DNA of 63,961 nucleotides, filler included, from Candidatus Tectimicrobiota bacterium (GCA_016193065.1; 7 parts of 7 records of this genome joined end to end with filler, not necessarily neighbours in it); one strand, 5' to 3'. Positions 11,661 to 23,524 are shown, counted from the first letter of the whole stretch. Notes: generated by a model from the sequence alone, not told the origin. Made by a program: numbers and translations.

Positions 11661-12143
11661 TTAGGACTGCTCGCGCTTACCCCGCAGGGGAAAGTCCTTC
11701 CGCAAGGGGTAGCCCTCAAAACCGTCGGGGGTCAGGATTCTCCGCAAGTCCGGATGCGCGCTGAAGGTGATCCCGTACATGTCGTAGATTTCCCTCTCCA
11801 GCCAATTGGCCGCGGGCCAGACGGATACCACCGAGGGGAGAGAACAGGAGTCAGCCGGAACCCCGACCTTGAGGCGGACCCGAAGCTGCCGGCTCAGAGC
11901 GTAGAGGTGATAGACAACCTCGAAGCGGGGGTGGCGATCCAAATAATCCACCCCGCAGAGGTCGCTCAGGTAGGTAAACTCCAGCTCCGGGTCATCGCGC
12001 AGGAACTGGCAGACTTCCCGGATCAGCTCGCGCTGGATGGTCAACGTGGGCCAGCCCTGAGATTCTCCCGCCTCGAGCACCGCCGCAGGGAAAGACTGGC
12101 GCGTCTTGCGCACCACAAGGTCATCCGCCACCTTCCCCTCCAT
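11661..12143 (-). CDS. nuoC: NADH-quinone oxidoreductase subunit C (start may be the GTG at 12131)
   Basis: DLCGVDY, RFEVVYHL, ANWLEREIYDMYGI, HPDLRRIL, PLRKDFPL. Confidence 0.95.
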   Translation of the reverse strand: MEGKVADDLVVRKTRQSFPAAVLEAGESQGWPTLTIQRELIREVCQFLRDDPELEFTYLSDLCGVDYLDRHPRFEVVYHLYALSRQLRVRLKVGVPADSCSLPSVVSVWPAANWLEREIYDMYGITFSAHPDLRRILTPDGFEGYPLRKDFPLRGKREQS

Positions 12144-12212
12144 GCGTTTCCCGCGGGGAAACAGCCGGCCATGGATTCCCGCCTCTTCCGGGACATCCCG
12201 TCTGCCCAGCCT

Positions 12213-12550
12213 CTACTCCCATTCAAGTGCACCCCGCTTCCAAAGGTATACGAAGCTGAGAAGCAAAATGCCGATAAACACCAGCATTTCGATGAAGCCG
12301 AACCAGCGCAGGTCCATGAAAACGACCGCCCAAGGGTAGAGGAAAACAGTTTCCACGTCAAACAGGATGAAGAGCATGGCGATCAAGTAAAACTTCACCG
12401 AAAAACGCAGGCGGGCATCCCGCACTCGTAGACGGAGAGCTTCACCTTCTCGTAGGTGCGCTTCCCCATGAAATGAGACATCACGAGAGTGCCCAGGGCA
12501 AAGCCCGTCGCCAGCAGGATTAAGATGAAAATCGGCAGGTAATCGCCCAT
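12213..12550 (-). CDS. nuoA: NADH-quinone oxidoreductase subunit A, frameshifted by a short deletion at ~12413-12421
   Basis: [11 protein letters not shown]...[10 protein letters not shown] in one frame; [31 protein letters not shown]...GALEWE in another. Confidence 0.92.
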
Positions 12551-12713
12551 CTCCAGCCCTCGACCTCGCGAACTTTTCTTCTCAAGTTCCTTTTTTCACA
12601 ACGCGCGCACGATAGCATAAAACTTCCGGAGCTGACAACCCCCTTTTCCCGACGGAAGCATTCAGCGATCAGCCATCAGCTTTCAGCAAGAAGAGGTGAA
12701 GAGTCCTGATGGA

Positions 12714-12998
12714 TTAAGGGGAGAAATTCTCAGCGGCCATCTTCTCGTTCAGGAGGCGGTTCAGGCGGGGACGGTAAATCAGATCGAAGGCTTCTTCTTT
12801 TTCCGGAAAGAGAAGGAGGGCCTCACGCTTGGCGAGATCGGCCAGCGCGACGGCCTCCTCGTAAGAAATGGAAGGCTGCAGGATCAGACTCCCGGTCAAA
12901 TCGATCAGGCGCTGCAAGCGCCGGACCCTGCGCTCCTCTTCCCGGTATGCCTCATCCGATCGAGTCGGTTTTTCCGGAGCATGGGCAGGCTCAATCAC
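12714..12998 (-). CDS. Small helical hypothetical protein
   Basis: 94 aa, RBS GGAGGG, directly after tolC; LFPEKEEAFDLIYRPRLNRL reads like a conserved motif. Confidence 0.7.
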   Translation of the reverse strand: MIEPAHAPEKPTRSDEAYREEERRVRRLQRLIDLTGSLILQPSISYEEAVALADLAKREALLLFPEKEEAFDLIYRPRLNRLLNEKMAAENFSP

Positions 12999-13009
12999 GA
13001 TAATCCCTC

Positions 13010-14359
13010 CTAGGGGGCCGGGGCAACGCCCGCGGCTTTCTCGAGGCTGGCCTGAGCCGTCCTGAAATCATAGAGGGCCTGCACGTAAGTGGTCTGGGCG
13101 TTGGTTAGCGAGACCCGGGCGTCGGTCTCCTCCAGGAGAGTCCCCACCCCCGCCTGGTACCGGCCCCGGGCCAGTTCCAGATTCTCCTGGGCCTGACGCA
13201 CCACAAGCTCGCCCACGCGCACGCGCTCCTGGGCTTCTTGCAGGTTGAGAAACGCCTGCTGTACTTCGCGCCGGATCCCCAGGCGCAGGTTCTCCTCCTG
13301 GGACTTCACGTTCTCCACATTGGCCCGGGCCTCGGCCACCTGCTCCCGAGTTTCAAAGCCGCTGAAGAGATCAAAGCTTAAAACCGCCCCGAAGTTCCAC
13401 GTCCGGTTCAGGGGAAACTCTTTCCCGCTGACTCCGTACCCGGCGTTCCCCGTAAGGGTGGGGAAGAAATTCGTGCGGGAAAGCTTGAGAGAATCTTCCG
13501 CAGACTGCCGTTTCGCCTTGAGGGATTTCAGTTCCGGCCGGTTCTGTTCCGCCTGCAGGAGAATGTCCGGAAGCTGGTAAGCGACTGGAGAGAAACCCAG
13601 GTTGTCCACGAGATCGTAGGAGGTGTCGTTGGGAATTCCCATGGCGTTGTTCAGCGTGACCCGGGCAAGCTCCAGGTTGTTGCGGACCCGGATCAGGTTG
13701 AGCCGGGCATTGCTCAGGTTCACCTCGGCCGATGTCACGTCAAAGCGGGGACGCACGCCCACCTCGTAGAAGCTCCTGGCCTCTTCCAGCCTCTTCTCGA
13801 ACTGGGCCACGGTCTCCTCGTTGACCGCCACCAGCCGCTTGCTGGCCAGGAGCTGGTAATAAGACTGCCGCACGTTAAAGATGATCTGATCCCGGACCGA
13901 GTTCAAGTCTTCCTGGGAGGCGCGCAGGTTATCCCGGGCCACATCCGTGCGCTCAGAGGTCCGACCGAAGTCGATCAGCGTTTGGTTCAGGTTGAGGTTC
14001 AACCCGTAGCTGTTTGAAGAGCCCGCCGTGGTCGATCCCTGGGAACGCCTGTCAAAAGGCAATTCAGTCCCGGAACGCGTGTACTGGCCGGAAACCCCAA
14101 GCTGGGGGAAAAAGCCCGACAAAGCCTGGCCGACCCGGGCCTGATTGGCCTCCACGGTGAACAGGGAAGCGCGCAAGTTGGGGTGCTGCTGAAGCGCAAT
14201 TTCCACGGCCTTTTCAATGGACACGACTTTGGGCAGAGCCGGCACTTGCACCTCCTGGCCGTAACTTGGACAAACGGCCAGGAAAAGCAAGAGGAGACCG
14301 CCCGTGATCAATCCCGCCCCTCCAGCGAACTTCCCTGCGCTCTTCGGCAAACCGTTCAT
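13010..14359 (-). CDS. TolC-family outer membrane efflux protein
   Basis: Signal peptide, AVEIALQQHPNL, VRQSYYQL, ENLELARGRYQAGVG; RBS AAGGAG before ATG 14359. Confidence 0.9.
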   Translation of the reverse strand: MNGLPKSAGKFAGGAGLITGGLLLLFLAVCPSYGQEVQVPALPKVVSIEKAVEIALQQHPNLRASLFTVEANQARVGQALSGFFPQLGVSGQYTRSGTELPFDRRSQGSTTAGSSNSYGLNLNLNQTLIDFGRTSERTDVARDNLRASQEDLNSVRDQIIFNVRQSYYQLLASKRLVAVNEETVAQFEKRLEEARSFYEVGVRPRFDVTSAEVNLSNARLNLIRVRNNLELARVTLNNAMGIPNDTSYDLVDNLGFSPVAYQLPDILLQAEQNRPELKSLKAKRQSAEDSLKLSRTNFFPTLTGNAGYGVSGKEFPLNRTWNFGAVLSFDLFSGFETREQVAEARANVENVKSQEENLRLGIRREVQQAFLNLQEAQERVRVGELVVRQAQENLELARGRYQAGVGTLLEETDARVSLTNAQTTYVQALYDFRTAQASLEKAAGVAPAP

Positions 14360-14467
14360 CTCAGTCTCCTTATGTACTGAATGATTCCAGCGCACAAGCA
14401 CCTGCTCTCAGCTGTCGGCCATCCGTGGGGAAATTTTTCGGCTGACGGCTGATCGCTGAACGCTTCT

Positions 14468-15697
14468 TTATTCATAGCGCAGGGCGTCGATGGGATTCAA
14501 GCTGGCCGCTTTCCGGGCCGGATAAAAGCCGAAGAAAACCCCCACGGCGCCCGAAAACCCGAAGGACATGACGAGGGACAGGGGAGTAATGAAGACCGGC
14601 CACTTGGCCCACAGCGAGATCCCCTTGGCCACCCCCACACCGAGAAGAATCCCCACCAGCCCTCCGGTGGTGCTCAGCACGATCGCTTCCACGAGAAATT
14701 GCTTCAAGATGTCGCGGCGCCGGGCCCCGACGGCCATGCGGACCCCAATCTCCCGGGTCCTCTCGGTCACCGAGACCAGCAAGATGTTCATGATGCCGAT
14801 GCCCCCAACCAGGAGTGAAACGGAGGCAATGCTCCCCAGCAGGAGGGTCATTACCGAGGCGGTGGCCTGAGCCGTGGCCCCGATATCTTCCAGTGATCGA
14901 ACCGTGAAATCGTCCTCTTCGGACTGAATCCGGTGGCGGCGCCGCAACACCTCCGTGATCTGCTTTTGGGCCTCGGTCACCTGCAAGGGGCCCACGGCGG
15001 AGACCACGATGCTGCTCACCGTTCCCAAAAACCGGCTTCCCACTACCCGCCGCTCCGCGGTGGTGAAGGGGATCAACACCGTATCGTCCTGGTCCTGATG
15101 GCCAAAGGCGGATTGCCCCTTGGCTGCCAGCACGCCGATGATCCGCAGAGGGATGTTCCGGATGCGCAGGATCTGTCCCACCGGGTCCTCCCCCGGAGCG
15201 AAGAGATTCTTAGCGACACTCTGCCCCAACACGACCACGGAGGTGCCCCCGTCAACGTCCTGCTGGGTGAAGAATTCGCCCGCTACCAGAGGCCAGTCGC
15301 GAATCTGCACGTATTCCGGAAACACGCCCTGGATACTCGTAAACCAGTTCTGATCCCGATAAACTGCCTGGGCGGCACCCCGCTTCACGGGGGAAACCAG
15401 ACCGACGGCAGAGCTCTCCTGCCGGATGGCTTCCATATCGGCCATGGTCAGGGTAGAGGAAGCTCCGGCCCCCATTCGAACCCCGCCGCTTGTAACGCTG
15501 CCGGGGAAAATCACCAGCATGTTGGAGCCGATGGCCGCGATGCTCTGCTGAATAGAAGCCTTGGCCCCTTGACCAACGGCCAGCATGGCGATCACGGAGC
15601 CCACCCCGATAATCACCCCCAGCATGGTAAGGGCGGTGCGCAGACGATTTTTTCCCAGGGCCTTATAGGAAACGCGGCAAATCGCCAGCAGGTTCAT
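14468..15697 (-). CDS. MacB/FtsX-family ABC permease
   Basis: NRLRTALTMLGVIIGVGSV, VGGIGIMNILLVSVTERTREIGVRMAVGA, PARKAASLNPIDALRYE. Confidence 0.93.
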   Translation of the reverse strand: MNLLAICRVSYKALGKNRLRTALTMLGVIIGVGSVIAMLAVGQGAKASIQQSIAAIGSNMLVIFPGSVTSGGVRMGAGASSTLTMADMEAIRQESSAVGLVSPVKRGAAQAVYRDQNWFTSIQGVFPEYVQIRDWPLVAGEFFTQQDVDGGTSVVVLGQSVAKNLFAPGEDPVGQILRIRNIPLRIIGVLAAKGQSAFGHQDQDDTVLIPFTTAERRVVGSRFLGTVSSIVVSAVGPLQVTEAQKQITEVLRRRHRIQSEEDDFTVRSLEDIGATAQATASVMTLLLGSIASVSLLVGGIGIMNILLVSVTERTREIGVRMAVGARRRDILKQFLVEAIVLSTTGGLVGILLGVGVAKGISLWAKWPVFITPLSLVMSFGFSGAVGVFFGFYPARKAASLNPIDALRYE

Positions 15698-16416
15698 GCG
15701 CCTTCTCCACGGCCAGACCCGAGAGCCACTTCCCGCCGGACACTATCCTCCGCAATGACGCCGTCCCGGAAGCGGATCTGACGCCGGGCCTGAGCGGCAA
15801 TGTCGGGCTCGTGGGTGACGATAACGATGGTGACGCCCTCCTCCATGTTCAAGGCCTGAAAAAGCGCGATGATTTCCTGGCCCGTCTGGCTGTCCAGATT
15901 CCCCGTCGGCTCATCGGCCAGCAACAGAGGGGGATGATTCACCAGGGCCCGGGCAATGGCGACCCGCTGCTGCTGTCCCCCCGAAAGTTGATTTGGAAAG
16001 TGCTCTTCCCGGTCCTGGAGTCCAACGCGCTGCAGCATCCGCCGCGCGATTTCCCGGCGCTTTTTTGCCGGAGTATCCGTATAGAGCAGCGGCAGTTCCA
16101 CATTCTCCCGCGCCGAGGTGCGGGACATGAGAAAAAAGTTTTGGAACACAAACCCGATCTTCTCGTTGCGCAGCCGGGCCCGCTCGTCGGATCCCATTTG
16201 CGTCACCCGGTCTTCATCAAGCCAGTAATCCCCCCGGTCGGGCAAATCGAGGCATCCCAGGATGTGCATCAATGTAGACTTCCCCGAGCCCGAGGGTCCC
16301 GTGATGGCCACAAATTCCCCCCGCTCCACCGCCACGCTGACCCCGCGCAAAGCCTCGACCCGAACCTCTCCCAAAAGGTAGTTCTTCCAGACCTCGACGA
16401 CTTCGATCAGCGGCAC
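15694..16416 (-). CDS. MacB/LolD-type ABC ATP-binding protein
   Basis: GPSGSGKST, LSGGQQQRVAIARAL, LLADEPTGNLDS, VTHE; GTG start abuts the MITE. Confidence 0.92.
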   Translation of the reverse strand: MPLIEVVEVWKNYLLGEVRVEALRGVSVAVERGEFVAITGPSGSGKSTLMHILGCLDLPDRGDYWLDEDRVTQMGSDERARLRNEKIGFVFQNFFLMSRTSARENVELPLLYTDTPAKKRREIARRMLQRVGLQDREEHFPNQLSGGQQQRVAIARALVNHPPLLLADEPTGNLDSQTGQEIIALFQALNMEEGVTIVIVTHEPDIAAQARRQIRFRDGVIAEDSVRREVALGSGRGEGA

Positions 16417-16686
16417 TAGTACCGTTCCAACTCTAGAGAACAAATCATGTCCATAAGTTATCCCAACTCCTCGGAACTGGGATAATTCTCCAAACCGAAA
16501 GCCCCGCCCCGATGACACCGGACTTTGCCGCCCGACCCTTTGTCCGAACCAGTTGGAACGGCACTAGTACCGTTCCAACTATTTTCGCCCAAGATAGCAG
16601 GAGGTGTGCCGGGCCAAGGAACGAGCATAACGAGGTGCGAGCCCTGAGCCGACTGAGGCGTACTGAGGGAGTACGCCGCAAGGACG
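16416..16686. mobile_element. Two tandem MITE-like elements with CTAG junctions; the second is truncated by the contig end
   Basis: Left end CTAGTACCGTTCCAACT at 16416 and again at 16564; right end AGTTGGAACGGCACTAG at 16551-16567. Confidence 0.7.
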
Positions 16687-16786
16687 NNNNNNNNNNNNNN
16701 NNNNNNNNNNNNNNNNNNNNNNNNNNNNNNTTAATTAATTAANNNNNNNNNNNNNNNNNNNNNNNNNNNNNNNNNNNNNNNNNNNN

Positions 16787-17090
16787 CGGTCCCGAGGGGA
16801 AAGGCGTCGCCGTCCTTGACGCGTCGGGCAGGATACGCGAGGTCGGTCTGTTCGTGAAGGAGCAGTTCGGCGCCCGTCATCCGGACCAGGCGGCGGGCGC
16901 CCGAGACGTGGTCGGCGTGAGTGTGGGTGTCGATCACGTAGCGGATGGAAGTCCCGTGTCTGCGGGCGCTGCTGGCGAACGGCTCCGGATCCCAGAGCGG
17001 GTCGATGACCGCGCACTGGCCGCTCTCCTCGCAGCCCAACACGTAGGAAGCGCACCCCGTCTCCGGCCTGACCACCTGTTCAAAGAACAT
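16787..17090 (-). CDS. MBL-fold hydrolase, persulfide dioxygenase/ETHE1-like, 3'-truncated
   Basis: GCASYVLGC, AVIDP, DTHTHADHVSG. Confidence 0.85.
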
Positions 17091-17137
17091 CCGCGCCCCC
17101 CTTCACGCACTGCATCCCGCTCTGTTCGGCCAAGTTG

Positions 17138-17208
17138 CCGCTCCCACCGGGAGCCGCCTCGCCCTGCCCGAAGGAGCGCGGGTCGAGGCGGTCTCCCGAG
17201 CGGAGCGG
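17138..17208. repeat. Long imperfect intergenic hairpin
   Basis: Nested arms CCGCTCC/GGAGCGG, CGGGAG/CTCCCG, CCGCCTCG/CGAGGCGG. Confidence 0.6.
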
Positions 17209-17210
17209 AC

Positions 17211-17441
17211 TCATGCGGAGTCCGAAGTAAGGACGCGCGTCTTGCCCAGCATCTCCTCGGCTTTCTGGATCGCCTTCTTCTCCGCCTCCTCCCGGGTCGG
17301 ACCCTTGCCGCGGGCCAGGACCGCGCCGGGCTCCACGTTGTCCACGGTGCAGAGGTACTCGTCGCCGAGCCTGTAGCTCACGATGTTGATCTTCCACCGC
17401 CCGACCTGTTGCTGCCTCTTGGTGTACTCCTCTACCTTCAT
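17211..17441 (-). CDS. Small hypothetical protein (76 aa, single Cys)
   Basis: RBS GGGGAGG; codirectional between rhodanese and MBL genes. Confidence 0.75.
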   Translation of the reverse strand: MKVEEYTKRQQQVGRWKINIVSYRLGDEYLCTVDNVEPGAVLARGKGPTREEAEKKAIQKAEEMLGKTRVLTSDSA

Positions 17442-17463
17442 TTCCTCCCCCCTCGACGGGCAG

Positions 17464-18303
17464 CTATGCCGGCCTCTCGATGGGGGCGCGAACGAGGTTC
17501 CCCCACTCGGTCCAACTGCCGTCGTAGTTCTTCACGTCATTGAAGCCCAGCAGGTATTTGAGGACGAACCAGGTGTGGCTCGAGCGCTCGCCGCAGTAAG
17601 CGACCACGGGCTTGTTCCCGGTGATCCCCGCGCTCTCGTAAAGTTGCTGCAATTCCTCTCGGGACTTGAAGCTGCCGTCGTCGTTGCAGGCCCGGGACCA
17701 GGTGATGTTCCTGGCGCCGGGGATGTGCCCGCCGCGCTGGCAGGTCTCGGGCAGGCCGGGAGGGGACAGGATTTCCCCCGTGAATTCCTGCGGGCTGCGC
17801 ACGTCCACGAGCTCGATAGACATGCCTTCCATCCCCTTGTGAACATCCGGTAGGAAGGAGCGGATCGAGAGGTCGGGATCCTTTGCCCGGTAGGTTTGCG
17901 TTGAGACATGGGGAGGTTCCTTGGCGAGCTCCCTCCCTTCCTCGATCCACTTCTTGCGGCCTCCGTTCATGAGGCGCACGTCCTGGTGGCCGTAGATCTT
18001 CATCTGCCAGAGCGCCCAGGCCGCAAACCAGTTGTTGTTGTCGCCGTACAGGATCACGGTCGTGTTGTTGTCGATCCCGGAGCTCCCCATGAGGTTTTCG
18101 AACTTGTCTCTGGGGATGATGTCGCGCAGGAACGTATCGCAGAGCTGCCGGTCCCACGCCCACCCGACGGCATCCGGGATGTGTCCCTCGTCGTAGGCCT
18201 TGGTGTCCACGTCGACCTCGACGATGCGCACGTCCGGATCCTGCATGCGATCCTGAACCCATTGAGTCGAGACGAGTACCTCGGGATGCGCGTAGTCAGC
18301 CAT
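17464..18303 (-). CDS. Tandem-domain sulfurtransferase (rhodanese, CysA/SseA type)
   Basis: YAHPEVLVST, GHIPDA, DVRSPQEFTGE, GGHIPGA, NYDGSWTEWGN; active loop reads YCGERSS instead of the usual YCRIGERS. Confidence 0.93.
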   Translation of the reverse strand: MADYAHPEVLVSTQWVQDRMQDPDVRIVEVDVDTKAYDEGHIPDAVGWAWDRQLCDTFLRDIIPRDKFENLMGSSGIDNNTTVILYGDNNNWFAAWALWQMKIYGHQDVRLMNGGRKKWIEEGRELAKEPPHVSTQTYRAKDPDLSIRSFLPDVHKGMEGMSIELVDVRSPQEFTGEILSPPGLPETCQRGGHIPGARNITWSRACNDDGSFKSREELQQLYESAGITGNKPVVAYCGERSSHTWFVLKYLLGFNDVKNYDGSWTEWGNLVRAPIERPA

Positions 18304-18482
18304 CTTGCCCCCTCCTCTGGCCGTTACTGCAGTTTGATGGGAAACTTCTGTTGTGATTATATTATGTTAGGGACCTCATGCTGCCTTGTCAAAAATATTT
18401 TTTGGGCAGAGATTCTGCTGCGCTTCGCAGGGAGGGAGAGCTAACCCCGATCTGAAATTCTTCTTCGGGGTCATTTGGCGGA

Positions 18483-18611
18483 GGCCCGCGGGTGGCGTCG
18501 GGGACGCCTCCGCAGAGCCGCGCCGGGCACCCGCCTTGCGGGTGCGGGACCCTCGTCAGGGTGACGGAGCGCGGCTTGAGGAGGCAACCCGGCGACAGGC
18601 CCTGCGGGCCC
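18483..18611. repeat. ~130-nt GC-rich imperfect palindrome (MITE/REP-like)
   Basis: Nested arms GGCCCGCGGG/CCCTGCGGGCC, GCCTCC/GGAGGC, AGCCGCGC/GCGCGGCT, GCACCCGC/GCGGGTGC. Confidence 0.65.
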
Positions 18612-18652
18612 GACAGCGCGGATCAACTAGGTTTGTTTTCTTCGGATTGGGG

Positions 18653-20134
18653 CTAGATGTCTTTTTCCAGGTGCTCCTGGCCCGTGAAGCTGAGCCTCTT
18701 TTTCCGGCCTTCCACCGTGGTGTGGATGTGGACGGGGCGGCGCCAGATCTGGAAGAGATTCTTCAAGGTATCCTTGGCGTAATCGATCCGCAGATCAACC
18801 CCTTCGTGCTGATGGTTCAGGAGGAGATCTCCGCGATTCCCATGGTTCCCGTCTTCCACGAGGATGATCGGGTTCCCCATGTTGGTCAGGCTGAAGAGGA
18901 GCTTTTGCTTGATCTTTTTAAAATCTCGATCATCGATTTCGTAGCGTTTGGTCTCTTCATTGTACTTGAATGTGAAAAGCTTGTGATCCTCGCAGAACTC
19001 TTTGGTTAGAAACGTATCGATGAAGTTAATGTCGTTGTATATGCGGCGGACTTCGAAGATCTTTTCCCGCCCCCGGCCCAGGTTTTGATTCCAATTCTTC
19101 TTGGCCAGGTAGTCGTCGCATTCGTCGTAATCCTTGCCGAACTTCCCCTTGTTCCAGCGCTCCTCGATGTCCCGGAAAAGCTCCACGCCAAGCTTATAGG
19201 GGTTGATGTGCCCGGGCCTGACGGCCAGGGTCCCCGAATGGTGATCGGCGTAATCGATCAGTTCGGAATCCTTCAAGGCTTTTTCCGTCATGATCTTCGA
19301 GTGCCAGTAGGTGGCCCATCCTTCGTTCATGATTTTCGTTTGAGCCTGGGGGGAGAAGTAGTAGCTCTCCTCCCGGATCATGGAGAGGATGTTGCGCTGC
19401 CACTTCTCCATCGGGGCGTGCTCGATCATGAACAGGAGGATATCGCGCTCGGGATGCTCGGGGAACATGCGCTCGCGCTGTTTTTCCTCCTCCAGCTTGC
19501 GCTTCTGGGCGTCCATGAACTCCTGGGGGTTGATGAAGCGGTCCATGTATTCCTTGCTGCGGATCTTTTGCACGGTTTTGGGAGGCTCTTCTTCCTCGAT
19601 CTCTTGATCCTCCCTCCGGCGCTTTCTCTCCTGGAAGGGGGAGTGGACATCAATGAGGTTTTCCAGGGAGAGGCAGCAGTCGATGAAGCGCTCCACATCT
19701 TCCTCGCCGTACTGCTCCACGTAATTGCGCATCCGCATGCCGTGGTTTGCCATCTCGTCGATCATCTTGCGGTTCGTGCTGGAGAAGTAGATGTTGTTTT
19801 TGAAAAAATCGCAATGGGCGTATACGTGACCCATGACGATCTTCTGATCCACCAGGTTATTGCTTTCCATGAGGTAGGCATAGCAGGGGTCGTTGTTGAT
19901 CACCATCTCGTAGATTTTTTGGAGTCCGTAGGCATACCCTTTGCTTAACTCCTCGTACTCCATCCCGAACCGCCAGTGCGGATAGCGGGTCGGGAAGCCT
20001 CCGTAGCTGGCCACCTCGTTGATCTGGGCGTAGTCGATAACCTCGAAGATCGTTTCGAAGAAGTCGAGACCGCAGGATAGGGCGTGGCCTTTAATTTCCT
20101 CCTTGATCTGGGTGAGGGCGGAAGAGAGGTTCAT
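18653..20134 (-). CDS. spoVR: SpoVR/YcgB family protein
   Basis: [55 protein letters not shown] overlap with the upstream gene. Confidence 0.93.
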   Translation of the reverse strand: MNLSSALTQIKEEIKGHALSCGLDFFETIFEVIDYAQINEVASYGGFPTRYPHWRFGMEYEELSKGYAYGLQKIYEMVINNDPCYAYLMESNNLVDQKIVMGHVYAHCDFFKNNIYFSSTNRKMIDEMANHGMRMRNYVEQYGEEDVERFIDCCLSLENLIDVHSPFQERKRRREDQEIEEEEPPKTVQKIRSKEYMDRFINPQEFMDAQKRKLEEEKQRERMFPEHPERDILLFMIEHAPMEKWQRNILSMIREESYYFSPQAQTKIMNEGWATYWHSKIMTEKALKDSELIDYADHHSGTLAVRPGHINPYKLGVELFRDIEERWNKGKFGKDYDECDDYLAKKNWNQNLGRGREKIFEVRRIYNDINFIDTFLTKEFCEDHKLFTFKYNEETKRYEIDDRDFKKIKQKLLFSLTNMGNPIILVEDGNHGNRGDLLLNHQHEGVDLRIDYAKDTLKNLFQIWRRPVHIHTTVEGRKKRLSFTGQEHLEKDI

Positions 20135-21236
20135 CGTCCTTTCCCCAGAAACTCTTTGATGGAATCGTAGATTCCGTCTTTGTCCTTGATCTCGGAGACC
20201 ACGAGGGGCTCGGAATCCCGGAAGTGCTCTCTCAAGTCCTTGATGAACTGTCCGCTGCCGTAAGGGCTCTCCACCTGCCCGTAGCAAACAAGGTTGCAGT
20301 GGGGGAGGATCTCCTGCCGGAGAAGCTCGATGCATTCATTGGTGTCTCCGCCGCTCCAGTTGTCTCCGTCGGAGAAATGAAAGGCATAAATGTTCCATTC
20401 CGTAGGCGGGTAAACTTCCCGGATCAGCTTGCTGGCGTATTTGTAGGCCGAGGAGATCTTGGTCCCTCCGCTCTGCCGGGTGTGGTAGAAGGAGTGCTGG
20501 TCCACTTCCCGGGCGACGGCGTCGTGGATGATATACCGGATCTGAATCCCCTTGTACTGGGAACGCAGCCAGGTGTCGATCCAGAAGGATTCGATGCGGA
20601 CGATCTCCTTCTGCTCGTCTCCCATGGAGCCCGAAACGTCCATCATATAGATGATGGCGGCGTTGCTTTCGGGCGTGGTGTGGGTTTTCCAGGACCGGTA
20701 ACGCTTGTCATCCCGCACGGGGATGATGACGGGATCCGTGGGATCATAACTCCCCTGGGCCAATTGCCGGCGCAGGGCTTCTTTGTACGTGCGCTTGAAG
20801 ACGCGCAGGGTCTCGGGACCGGTGCTGCGAATCCCCGCGTACTTGTCCCTTTGGGCCGTGATGTTCTTCTTCCCCCGGGGCTCTATGCGGGGGAGTTCCA
20901 GCTCTTCTCCAAGGATGGCGGCCAGCTCGTCCATGGAGATGTCGACCTCAAGGATGTGTTCGCCCGGGAGATTCCCCGCCCCTGAACTGCCGTTCGCTTC
21001 CCCGTCGCCGCCGATGGAAGTGCCGGGCTCTCCCTCACCCTGACCCACTCCTCCCGTCTTGCGCGTCTCGTAGCGGAAGCGGGGGATGTCGATCTGCGGC
21101 AGAGGAATGCTGATCAGGTCCTTGCCTTTTTTCCCGATCAACTCCCCTTGGGTGATGTAGCGTTTCAGTTCCTTCTTTATCTTTCCCCGGACGATCTGGC
21201 GAAACCGGGTGTGATCCCGCTCGATCTTGCTGACCA

Positions 21237-21237
<1 letters not shown>
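20131..21237 (-). CDS. yeaH: YeaH/YhbH (DUF444, vWA-like) protein
   Basis: [41 protein letters not shown]. Confidence 0.92.
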
Positions 21238-23324
<2,087 letters not shown>

Positions 23325-23508
23325 CCTTAGCTCCTCCAAGCTCTTTTCGTAAAAGCCTTTGCTTCTGTTTGCATTGGTGACTTCTAACCTATAACGTATA
23401 TCATTGATATTTTCCAGGCAATTTTGTGCACGCCTCAATCCTCCCTTGTTCCGGAGTCGCCCGCGGAACCCTTGGAATTACCATCAGTTCCAACTTCTCC
23501 TAGCCATT

Positions 23509-23524
23509 TGCAATGGACGTGCCG
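23509..23524 (-). promoter_or_regulatory. Sigma54 -24/-12 promoter upstream of prkA
   Basis: Minus strand reads CGGCACG-TCCA-TTGCA, matching TGGCACG-N4-TTGC. Confidence 0.65.
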
